Virus genome (UHGV): UHGV-0270948
DNA: 35,456 nt
From: a virus
Direction: 5' to 3' (one strand)
The notes beneath the pieces were generated by a model that had not been told where the DNA came from, made no database searches, and was given only the letters and a program-made list of their open reading frames with translations. Shown here in pieces: positions 18,623 through 25,252 of the stretch (its first letter is position 1; each line of letters opens with the position of its first letter). The translations under genes were made by a program, and so were the position numbers.

Positions 18623-19057
18623 TTGAAATTAGATTCAACTATTACAATTTCCATAATTCTTGCCATATGCGCCCTGTTTGCTCCTTCAATCACTGCCATA
18701 ATCAATAATCGCCATCAATACAAAATCAGAAAACTCGAATTGCAATATGACATCAAAAAGCACCATTCGGATATTACTTACAAGAATAAATATGATACTT
18801 ATAAAGCCTTTTTGGATAATGCAGGAGATTATAGTTTAATGCATGATTATGTTGGCAATTACACGAAAGCTCTCTCCTGTGCACAAAATGCACTTTTACT
18901 GTGTGATAAAGAAACAAAGCCATTATTATTAAAATTCATCAAAGGATTAGATGAAAATATGACGTCTGACCGTCGTGAATATGCTATTCTATTAAGCGAA
19001 ATAACCAACTCTTTCAATCGAGAACTTTCTGCGTTATCCAGCGAATATAACAACTAA
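18623..19057 (+). CDS. Membrane-anchored accessory protein, 144 aa with an N-terminal TM helix and TTG start; candidate superinfection-exclusion or abortive-infection protein
   Basis: Plus strand inside an otherwise minus-strand block. Local GC is clearly lower than in the flanks. N-terminus 'ISIILAICALFAPSITAII' followed by a soluble helical domain. Confidence 0.5.
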   Translation: MKLDSTITISIILAICALFAPSITAIINNRHQYKIRKLELQYDIKKHHSDITYKNKYDTYKAFLDNAGDYSLMHDYVGNYTKALSCAQNALLLCDKETKPLLLKFIKGLDENMTSDRREYAILLSEITNSFNRELSALSSEYNN

Positions 19058-19186
19058 AGCAAATAAAACTGCAATTAACAGCGCCCAGGCAGGATAAATC
19101 TTGTCTTCGGGTGCTATTTTTTTCATAAGCCATATAGCAAACGAAGCTATAATTCCCATGCCTGCTATTAATGCTATTTTCCACAT
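19034..19186 (-). CDS. Two-TM small membrane peptide, 50 aa (MWKIALIAGMGIIASFAIWLMKKIAPEDKIYPAWALLIAVLFALVVIFAG)
   Basis: AAGGAGAGTGAGAG precedes the ATG. It overlaps the 3' end of the plus-strand 144-aa gene convergently by 24 nt. This replaces implausible low-complexity track ORFs in the same region. Confidence 0.4.
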   Translation of the reverse strand: MWKIALIAGMGIIASFAIWLMKKIAPEDKIYPAWALLIAVLFALVVIFAG

Positions 19187-19336
19187 CTCTCTCACTCTCC
19201 TTTCTCTTCTGGTTCAAATGTCTGAAACAAATATTTCGATTTCATAAACTTTTTTCTTGACTTCCTGCATATTGCGGTCTACCATAATTATAATTATCAG
19301 AACAAACATTCGAATAATTATGAAGGCGGTGACAAT

Positions 19337-19552
19337 ATGTATCAAAACTATTACTTTAATATTTACGCTGACATTAACGGCTATCATGAAATCCATACCG
19401 AAAATTGTTCTTACCTCCCATCAGTTTTAAATAGGGAGTATATTGGGTACTTTAGTTCTTGCCAGTCTGCCAAACTGGAAGCAATGCGAAAGCATCCAGA
19501 TAAAAATTTTGATGGCTGTTATTTCTGTTGTCGCGAATGTCATAGGGTGTAA
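19337..19552 (+). CDS. Small Cys-rich protein, 71 aa (C-terminal CYFCCRECH)
   Basis: GAAGGCGGTG RBS. Plus strand, AT-rich, inside the accessory island. Confidence 0.45.
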   Translation: MYQNYYFNIYADINGYHEIHTENCSYLPSVLNREYIGYFSSCQSAKLEAMRKHPDKNFDGCYFCCRECHRV

Positions 19553-19570
19553 TGAGGGGCTGGCTTACTG

Positions 19571-19732
19571 TCAGCCTTTTAACAATGCATTTTTTCTGTA
19601 TACCTCTTTTACAATCTCGCACGCCTCGTCCAGATTCTCCAATGTCATATTGTTCTGAATCATACACCGAGAAATCTCATTGCTTAATATCGCGCTCTGG
19701 TCTTCTCGGAATTCTCTATCAAGCACCTCCAT
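19571..19732 (-). CDS. Hypothetical protein, 53 aa (MEVLDREFREDQSAILSNEISRCMIQNN...)
   Basis: Sits 15 nt downstream of the Cro-like gene stop. Its RBS AAAGGAGAG is embedded in that gene's 3' end. The track ORFs on both strands here are in other frames and look spurious. Confidence 0.4.
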   Translation of the reverse strand: MEVLDREFREDQSAILSNEISRCMIQNNMTLENLDEACEIVKEVYRKNALLKG

Positions 19733-19743
19733 AGCCAATTTAA

Positions 19744-19986
19744 TCACTCTCCTTTCTCTTCTGGTTCAAAGTCCTTTTTATCGGACACCTTTCCTGTTGC
19801 GCTCTCTAGGAAATATTCGACGCTGACGCCAAAGTAGTCAGCAACTTTTTTTAATGTATCAAACCTTGGCAATACACTGTTCCACTTGCAAGTATTCCGA
19901 TCTGACAAATGAAGATCTATTTCTATCTGTTGTATCGTTACGCCTTTCTTTTTTGCCAGCATCTTAACCTTGTCATAAATTTCCAT
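19744..19986 (-). CDS. Cro-like XRE-family HTH regulator, 80 aa
   Basis: HTH 'GVTIQQIEIDLHLSDRNTCKW', short, with GAAGGTG RBS. Lies in the lysogeny switch region. Confidence 0.6.
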   Translation of the reverse strand: MEIYDKVKMLAKKKGVTIQQIEIDLHLSDRNTCKWNSVLPRFDTLKKVADYFGVSVEYFLESATGKVSDKKDFEPEEKGE

Positions 19987-20016
19987 GCCTATATCACCTT
20001 CTTTCTAAAATGGTAG

Positions 20017-20045
20017 ACAATAGTTTTAAAAGGGAATGCTGTCAA
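20017..20045 (-). promoter_or_regulatory. Candidate promoter TTGACA-17-TATTGT for the 80-aa Cro-like gene
   Basis: Hexamers read on the minus strand; operator-like repeat O1 lies about 40 bp upstream. Confidence 0.3.
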
Positions 20046-20082
20046 GCATTTTCTTTTCGTGTTGTTCGTAGAATAACACGGT

Positions 20083-20105
20083 AGTTTAACATCGTTTAAC
20101 TTTTT
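20083..20105. promoter_or_regulatory. Operator-like repeat O1, AGTTTAACATCGTTTAACTTTTT
   Basis: Matches 22 of 23 positions of O2 at 20702..20724. Two tandem GTTTAAC near-palindromes. Confidence 0.4.
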
Positions 20106-20310
20106 AGGCAAAAAAATATTCACTATATTCGGTTTTATCGATTTCAAGTAAATGTGCCCACAACACGATATCTTTCTGTGAAAACCCAGTCTTTCCCGTC
20201 ATCTTTTTTGATAATGAAGTCGTAGATATTCCCAAGATTTCCGCATATTTCTCTTGACTACCATACTTCTCAATAATTCTGCCTCTTAATTTATCATATG
20301 AATATTGCAA
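20104..20310 (-). CDS. Cro-like XRE-family HTH regulator, 68 aa
   Basis: HTH 'QEKYAEILGISTTSLSKKMTGKTGFS'. Confidence 0.6.
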   Translation of the reverse strand: MQYSYDKLRGRIIEKYGSQEKYAEILGISTTSLSKKMTGKTGFSQKDIVLWAHLLEIDKTEYSEYFFA

Positions 20311-20361
20311 GCGTTTTCACCATTCCTTTCTCCCCGTTGAGCCGATAGGACAGCTATAATA

Positions 20362-20454
20362 CTACACTTCTTTATCCTGCTTTATCTTTACAAGCAAAAC
20401 AACCGTTACGAGACTTAAAATAAGCTGTACTGCATCTAAAGCTGTTTCTAACAT
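20362..20454 (-). CDS. 30-aa hydrophobic peptide (MLETALDAVQLILSLVTVVLLVKIKQDKEV), type-I-toxin-like
   Basis: AAAGGAAGGA RBS. One TM helix plus a charged C-terminal tail; similar in plan to the plus-strand peptide at 21574..21669. Confidence 0.3.
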   Translation of the reverse strand: MLETALDAVQLILSLVTVVLLVKIKQDKEV

Positions 20455-20552
20455 ATCTCTCACCGTCCTTCCTTTCATAGGCTATTATATATTGACAATG
20501 AGTAGTTTAAAAGGTATTCTTTTTGTAAGGGGAGGTTTCCCTCCCCGTCCCC

Positions 20553-20672
20553 TTAATCAAATATCTTGCTTATTAGCTCGATTATTACGATTAAGAGGTT
20601 GATTATTGCGGTTGCAAGTGTGAGGTTTGTGAGGTCTCTCTTGCGACCGTTTTTCTTACCTTTCTTACTCAT
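20553..20672 (-). CDS. 39-aa small membrane peptide (MSKKGKKNGRKRDLTNLTLATAIINLLIVIIELISKIFD)
   Basis: Strong RBS GGAAAGGAGGAAACCG. First gene of the leftward early transcript. The stable hairpin GGGGAGG-tttcc-CTCCCC lies just 3' at 20529..20547. Confidence 0.4.
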   Translation of the reverse strand: MSKKGKKNGRKRDLTNLTLATAIINLLIVIIELISKIFD

Positions 20673-20701
20673 CGGTTTCCTCCTTTCCCTTTGCTGATTA
20701 T

Positions 20702-20730
20702 AGTTTAACACCGTTTAACTTTTTTGTCAA
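20702..20730 (-). promoter_or_regulatory. Leftward early promoter TTGACA-17-TAAACT overlapped by operator O2 (AGTTTAACACCGTTTAACTTTTT, 20702..20724)
   Basis: Hexamers read on the minus strand; O2 covers the spacer and the -10 element. Confidence 0.4.
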
Positions 20731-20761
20731 TACAAAAGTTAAAATTTATTTAACTTTTTGT

Positions 20762-20790
20762 TTGATTGTTTAACACCGTTGTGTTATACT
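20762..20790 (+). promoter_or_regulatory. Rightward repressor promoter TTGATT-17-TATACT with half-operator O3 (GTTTAACACCGTT, 20768..20780) in the spacer
   Basis: Hexamers with 17-bp spacing, 18 bp upstream of the AGAGGTG RBS of the repressor gene. Confidence 0.45.
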
Positions 20791-20807
20791 TGTTTTAACA
20801 GAAAGAG

Positions 20808-21461
20808 GTGAAATGCATGAAAAATCCTATTACCGCCAGACGATTATCGAAAGCACTCTCCAATAAAAATATGAGACCGCAAGACTTGGCAAACGCTTCT
20901 GGAGTAAGTAAAGCTTCTATCAGCCAATATTTGAATGGTTCTCATGCACCTTCCAATATTAGCAGTGGGAAAATGGCAAAAATACTTGATGTAAATCCTC
21001 TGTGGCTCATGGGATTTGATGCACCTATGGACGTAGTCGCAGCATCCCCCAACAACTCCCCTCGCAAGGGTATTTCCATCAACGTCTACGGTCGCGTTGC
21101 GGCGGGCGTTCCGATCGAAATGATAGAGGATATTATAGACACAGAAGAAATTACAGAAGAGATGGCGCGCACCGGGGCGTTTTTCGCCTTACAAATTCAC
21201 GGTAACAGCATGGAGCCACGAATGACCGAAGGTGATATTGTTATAGTTCGCGTACAAGACGATGCTGAAACAGGAGATACCGTGATAGCCACTGTTAACG
21301 GAACAGATGCTACCTGCAAGCGTTTAAAGAAGTACAATGGTGGGGTTGCACTTATATCTACTAACCCGACATATGAACCAATGTATTTTTCAAATAAAGA
21401 AATAGCAGAAAAGCCTGTCCGCATTCTCGGACGCGTTGTGGAACTCCGGGCGAAATTTTAA
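20808..21461 (+). CDS. CI/LexA-like prophage repressor with N-terminal XRE HTH and C-terminal S24 peptidase domain
   Basis: HTH 'MRPQDLANASGVSKASISQYLNG' and S24 catalytic motifs 'HGNSMEP' and 'TCKRL' (Ser/Lys dyad). The ATG at 20817 has the better RBS spacing. Confidence 0.85.
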   Translation: MKCMKNPITARRLSKALSNKNMRPQDLANASGVSKASISQYLNGSHAPSNISSGKMAKILDVNPLWLMGFDAPMDVVAASPNNSPRKGISINVYGRVAAGVPIEMIEDIIDTEEITEEMARTGAFFALQIHGNSMEPRMTEGDIVIVRVQDDAETGDTVIATVNGTDATCKRLKKYNGGVALISTNPTYEPMYFSNKEIAEKPVRILGRVVELRAKF

Positions 21462-21468
21462 GTATAAG

Positions 21469-21492
21469 CCCCTGCCCCACAGTGTGCAGGGG
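21469..21492 (+). terminator. GC-rich hairpin after the repressor gene (CCCCTGC, 10-nt loop, GCAGGGG)
   Basis: 7-bp stem 8 nt after the stop codon. There is no clean U-tract, so it may instead be a structured or regulatory element. Confidence 0.25.
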
Positions 21493-21573
21493 AAGAACTG
21501 AATAATGTATTTACCCAGACAACTGGAAGGGCGAATCCATCCGTTTCGGAGTCTTGCGAAAGGGGTGGTGCTT

Positions 21574-21669
21574 ATGTACGTTACATATGATGACTTATTT
21601 ACATTTGTACTAATGATTGTTGCAATCATCACTCTTGTAAAAAGCTTCTATGATAAACGAAAAAAGTAA
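21574..21669 (+). CDS. 31-aa hydrophobic peptide (MYVTYDDLFTFVLMIVAIITLVKSFYDKRKK), type-I-toxin-like
   Basis: RBS GAAAGGGGTGGTG. TM helix plus K-rich tail. Followed by an 8-bp-stem hairpin GTAATCGC...GCGATTAC. Confidence 0.35.
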   Translation: MYVTYDDLFTFVLMIVAIITLVKSFYDKRKK

Positions 21670-21994
21670 TCGCCCGGTCTTGGTAGGATGAGCGATTACT
21701 TCTCGTAATTAACTTCTTGCCCGGAACGGATAGGCTTCATCTATCTATTCCAGTTGTCTTGTTAAGTACATTATAGCAAATGTACCATAAATGTCAAGAA
21801 CCGCCCCTGCGCCAACAGGAGCGGCTCTGGGATATATCCGAAGATATACACCTAATCAACGAAAATATTGTATCATCTTCGGAACAGTCACGCAAGCCGG
21901 AACACTCGTTCCATGCTGGCTGTTATTTTTGTGTCCTCGTCCCTATGCATGGGGCGAGTATTGAAACATACAAATGAATAAAGGAGATGATAAC

Positions 21995-23386
21995 ATGTCG
22001 GAAAAGATCAAACGCTGTGCGATCTATATCCGTGTCTCAACTTCGGAGCAGATGATGCACGGAAAATCCATAGAAGCTCAACGTGAATACCTTGCATGCT
22101 ATGCGAAAGATCATGGAATGATTGTTACCGGTGTCTATGCGGATGAAGGTAAAACTGCAAGAAAAGAGCTCAAGAAACGAAAAGCAATTCATGCTCTGCT
22201 GGAAGACGTAAAGGCCGGAAAGATTGACGTAATCCTCTTCTGGCGGCTGGATCGCTGGTTTAGAAACATGTCCGACTTCTACAAAGTACAAGATATCCTG
22301 GATGAATATGGAGTATACTGGATATCAGCCTCAGAACCGGGCATCAACATGGAGACTAGGGATGGTCGGCTGCAGCTCAATGTTGTGCTGTCAATCGGAC
22401 AGAACGAAGTAGATACAACATCCGAGCGTATCAAATTCGTGAACGAAGCATCTATTCGGCAGGGAAAAGTCATTTTTGGAGAAAACAATATGCCGCGCGG
22501 TTATAAGGTGGGAATCGTAGATGGAAAGAAATGTATGGTCAAAGATCCGGAACAGGAAGAGATGGTAAATGCGTTTTACGATTACTTTGAAAAACACCAG
22601 GCTAAGCAGCAGACTCTTCGGTTTATACAGCGTAACTACGATCCCGCTTTTTCTTACGGTATGCTGCGCACCATGCTTTCCAGTGAATTTTACAAAGGTA
22701 CATACCGCGGGATTCCATACTGCCCCGCTTACCTATCAGAGGAACGATGGGCGCACATCCAAAACATCAGCAAAAAAAGTATAAGACGTACACGATCCGG
22801 AAGGGTCTACTACTTTACCGGACTAATCCGATGTCCGCAATGCGGACAGATTTTATGCGGAACTGGCTGCAAATCCGTTGTAAACAGAAAGACTGGAGAA
22901 AAACGAGACTACTGTTACTACAGATGCAACAGGGCAATGATTGATCGAATCTGCACAAATCAGCATCGAGTAAGCCAAAATCTGATTGAAAGCTACCTTT
23001 TAGATAATCTGGAGAATGAGTTTAAGACATACAAAATCCGTGTAGAAAACGTAAAGCAGCAAAAAAAGAAAGCGCCGCCGGTCCGAACAGAAAAACAGAT
23101 CGACAAGGAACTGGATCGATTAAATTTACTCTTTCAGAAAGGAAGAATCGAATGGGACTATTATAGCCGGGAATACGACTCACTGGAAAAAGAAAAAGAA
23201 GATTTAAACTCCGTAACCGTTGATCCCGAGCCTGACTACTCATTTATTGAGACGCTCCTTCAGCAGGATTTCAGGGATATTTACAGATCATTGACACCTG
23301 AGAACAAAAGAGCCTTTTGGAAAAACACGATCCGGCAGATCTATTTAAAACCAGATTATACGATTGACTATGTTGATTTTATTTAA
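21995..23386 (+). CDS. Large serine recombinase (integrase), 463 aa
   Basis: N-terminal resolvase catalytic domain 'CAIYIRVSTSEQ', recombinase domain, zinc-ribbon 'CPQCGQ...C' and a C-terminal coiled-coil. AAGGAG lies 8 nt before the ATG at 21995; the track ORF starts 7 codons upstream. Confidence 0.85.
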   Translation: MSEKIKRCAIYIRVSTSEQMMHGKSIEAQREYLACYAKDHGMIVTGVYADEGKTARKELKKRKAIHALLEDVKAGKIDVILFWRLDRWFRNMSDFYKVQDILDEYGVYWISASEPGINMETRDGRLQLNVVLSIGQNEVDTTSERIKFVNEASIRQGKVIFGENNMPRGYKVGIVDGKKCMVKDPEQEEMVNAFYDYFEKHQAKQQTLRFIQRNYDPAFSYGMLRTMLSSEFYKGTYRGIPYCPAYLSEERWAHIQNISKKSIRRTRSGRVYYFTGLIRCPQCGQILCGTGCKSVVNRKTGEKRDYCYYRCNRAMIDRICTNQHRVSQNLIESYLLDNLENEFKTYKIRVENVKQQKKKAPPVRTEKQIDKELDRLNLLFQKGRIEWDYYSREYDSLEKEKEDLNSVTVDPEPDYSFIETLLQQDFRDIYRSLTPENKRAFWKNTIRQIYLKPDYTIDYVDFI

Positions 23387-23469
23387 TCTGTCTGTGCCTA
23401 AATTGTCATCCCCGTTTGGGGATGACGCATAAGGCTAAAATATTGATGCGAAGATGATACAATATTCCA

Positions 23470-23501
23470 CCCCGGAGCTGATACTCCGGGGAATGTTTTT
23501 T
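23470..23501 (+). terminator. Intrinsic terminator downstream of the integrase (CCCCGGAG-ctgata-CTCCGGGG, then TTTTTT)
   Basis: 8-bp GC-rich stem followed by T6. A second hairpin GTCATCCCC-gttt-GGGGATGAC lies at 23405..23426. Confidence 0.5.
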
Positions 23502-24474
23502 AGTACAGCTGAAATTTATCAAACGCAATACCAAAACATCCGGCATATCCGTCCTGCCCGTTTCCAGTCTCATTGTCAAACTGCCACGGATAGTAACCGC
23601 CGCCGATCGGAGCAACTCTGTACTGTGCTTTTTGATAACCGTATTTTGCAACAATGTCCGCCGGAGTATCGTAATATACCTCTACGGCATCGATCACAGC
23701 TCCCGGATATCCAGCATAGCCGTTGTTTGCATCAGACCAGTTACATCCGGTTACGTAAGGTAACCATCCTTTGCCCTTTACATGCACGCGGTATTTTACA
23801 GTACCTTTATTAACCTTTATCGCGATACCGGCGATTGTTCGACCCGGAAGTCCTGCAAAATCAGACAGATTTGTCACAAAGGGCAGGATTGTTCCATCTG
23901 TCAGCATAACGCCATAAGTAAACACAATGCCGGGATCACCGGATGCTGCACTGCTTCCGCCTCCACTGACAACCGGAACATCCGGCAGCTTGTCCATTCC
24001 CATATACTCACGAATGCGGTTGATAAAATATGTTTTACAGCCAGTTTCGCCACCATGAATCTCTACGGATCTGTGTGGGCACGCTGTCGCGAATACCTCC
24101 TTGTGCAGCCGGATTGTATTCGTGTTTGGAACAATACCGTACTGCTTACACTTCTGCGCCGCCAACTTCAACGCATTCTCTTCATTTTTCTTAAAGATTT
24201 CCAAATCCCCCATACTCTGACAGACCTCGATCGAATAATAGTTCCGGTTTCCGTCTGTCTGCCCGCAGTGCCATGCTGCGTAGGCATCATCTTCCGCATA
24301 CAAGATCTCGTCACTAGCTACATAAGCGTGAGCAAATCCGTTTTCTAACGGATGCGTTTGCAGCCATTTTCTGTAAAACGCTGCATTTGCATTTTGTGAT
24401 CCTGCATCGTTGTGAATAAAAATTCCTCTCGGATTTCCCCCTCTAAGTCCTGCTACTCCTCTACAAATACTCAT
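23500..24474 (-). CDS. Endolysin: N-acetylmuramoyl-L-alanine amidase (Amidase_2/PGRP-like) with a C-terminal cell-wall-binding region
   Basis: N-terminal 'GIFIHNDAGS...AWHCG...YYSIEVC' amidase_2-type motifs, a G/S linker, and an aromatic/Gly-rich C-terminal domain. Downstream of the holin. Confidence 0.75.
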   Translation of the reverse strand: MSICRGVAGLRGGNPRGIFIHNDAGSQNANAAFYRKWLQTHPLENGFAHAYVASDEILYAEDDAYAAWHCGQTDGNRNYYSIEVCQSMGDLEIFKKNEENALKLAAQKCKQYGIVPNTNTIRLHKEVFATACPHRSVEIHGGETGCKTYFINRIREYMGMDKLPDVPVVSGGGSSAASGDPGIVFTYGVMLTDGTILPFVTNLSDFAGLPGRTIAGIAIKVNKGTVKYRVHVKGKGWLPYVTGCNWSDANNGYAGYPGAVIDAVEVYYDTPADIVAKYGYQKAQYRVAPIGGGYYPWQFDNETGNGQDGYAGCFGIAFDKFQLY

Positions 24475-24505
24475 GTTCTTCTCCTTTCTTCCGGCATTTG
24501 CACCG

Positions 24506-24537
24506 GCGCAAAAAGAGAGCCTGCCTCCAAGCTCTCT
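24506..24537 (-). terminator. Candidate terminator between hicB copy 2 and the endolysin (AGAGAGC, 10-nt loop, GCUCUCU, then UUUUUG)
   Basis: 7-bp stem followed by U5 on the minus transcript. Confidence 0.35.
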
Positions 24538-24545
24538 AAATTATT

Positions 24546-24944
24546 CTATCTTCCTATATTTAATTTCAGCATCAATGCTTCCTGCAATACCTGTGAGAAA
24601 TTAACTCCTCTGGCAACCGCTTCTTCGTTCAGCCATTCTGGAATACTAAGCGTCTTCTTGATTGCACGTGAATTGTGTTTCTTCTGATATTCCATCATAT
24701 CAAACTCTACGACCGCTAAAATTCCGTCTTCCGCATCTACTTTATTTATTTCTGTCGGTTTTGGAATCGGTTCGCCTTCTGCTTTCCTGCTTGTAAGAGA
24801 GATTCCCAGCGCATCTACTGCCATCTCATAAGCCTGCTGCATATCATCTCCCTCTGTTAAGCATTCCGGTAAATCCGGAAAGGATACCCAAAAACCACCT
24901 TCTTCCGCCTCGTGAAAAATTGCAGGATAAAATAATTTTTCCAT
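24546..24944 (-). CDS. hicB: HicB-family antitoxin (copy 2), 132 aa from the internal ATG
   Basis: GGAGGT sits 8 nt before the ATG at 24944. 'MEKLFYPAIFHEAEEGGFWVSFPDLP' is HicB-like, and the C-terminal RHH-like tail is homologous to copy 1. Confidence 0.65.
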   Translation of the reverse strand: MEKLFYPAIFHEAEEGGFWVSFPDLPECLTEGDDMQQAYEMAVDALGISLTSRKAEGEPIPKPTEINKVDAEDGILAVVEFDMMEYQKKHNSRAIKKTLSIPEWLNEEAVARGVNFSQVLQEALMLKLNIGR

Positions 24945-24979
24945 ACGTAATACCTCCACTTTCTTTTTCAGGCGCAGGG

Positions 24980-25168
24980 CTATTTAAGCCCCGCTTGTTT
25001 TAATATCGCCTGCTCCAACCCCTTTTTCATGGCTTTGGAGTGATAAGGAACAATAACTGTTATCCCCGTCGTCTGATTCTTGAGTTTTACATGAGAACCA
25101 TTTTGACTGATTTCCTCAAACCCGTTTTTCTCGAGATGTTTTATCATCTCTCTCGGTGTCATTGGCAT
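24980..25168 (-). CDS. hicA: HicA-family toxin (copy 2), 62 aa
   Basis: '...QNGSHVKLKN...' HicA/YcfA signature. AAAGGAG RBS. Confidence 0.7.
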   Translation of the reverse strand: MPMTPREMIKHLEKNGFEEISQNGSHVKLKNQTTGITVIVPYHSKAMKKGLEQAILKQAGLK

Positions 25169-25199
25169 CTTTTGTATCTCCTTTCCTTATCATGATTGT

Positions 25200-25228
25200 A
25201 TTGTATCACGTATTATTACGTATGTCAA
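25200..25228 (-). promoter_or_regulatory. Near-consensus promoter for hicAB copy 2 (TTGACA-17-TACAAT) flanked by palindromic ACGT operators
   Basis: Minus strand shows CACGTAaagaTACGTG upstream and ACGTAataaTACGT in the spacer. Both are perfect palindromes sharing the ATACGT half-site seen at copy 1. Confidence 0.45.
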
Positions 25229-25252
25229 TCGTTTTGCACGTATCTTTACGTG

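Noticed and set aside
19014-19396. Track ORFs 19014..19217 and 19214..19396 on the minus strand.
   Set aside because: Their products are low-complexity (Ile runs, scattered Cys) and arise from AT-rich sequence. A 50-aa two-TM peptide with a proper RBS in another frame (19034..19186) explains the region better. The rest is intergenic.
19443-19667. Overlapping 71-aa ORFs on both strands (19443..19658 plus, 19452..19667 minus).
   Set aside because: Neither has an RBS or a plausible composition. The real minus-strand gene here is the 53-aa ORF at 19571..19732 in a different frame.
21780-21977. 65-aa plus-strand ORF immediately upstream of the integrase.
   Set aside because: It has no RBS and an odd composition. 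It spans the int regulatory region and the candidate attP, and is more likely non-coding.
23387-23499. Possibility that the large serine integrase itself catalyses the fibre-segment inversion.
   Set aside because: Large serine recombinases are directional (attP x attB) and need distinct sites. The 24-bp fibre repeats bear no resemblance to the int-proximal palindromes. A host recombinase is the more economical hypothesis, but this remains untested.
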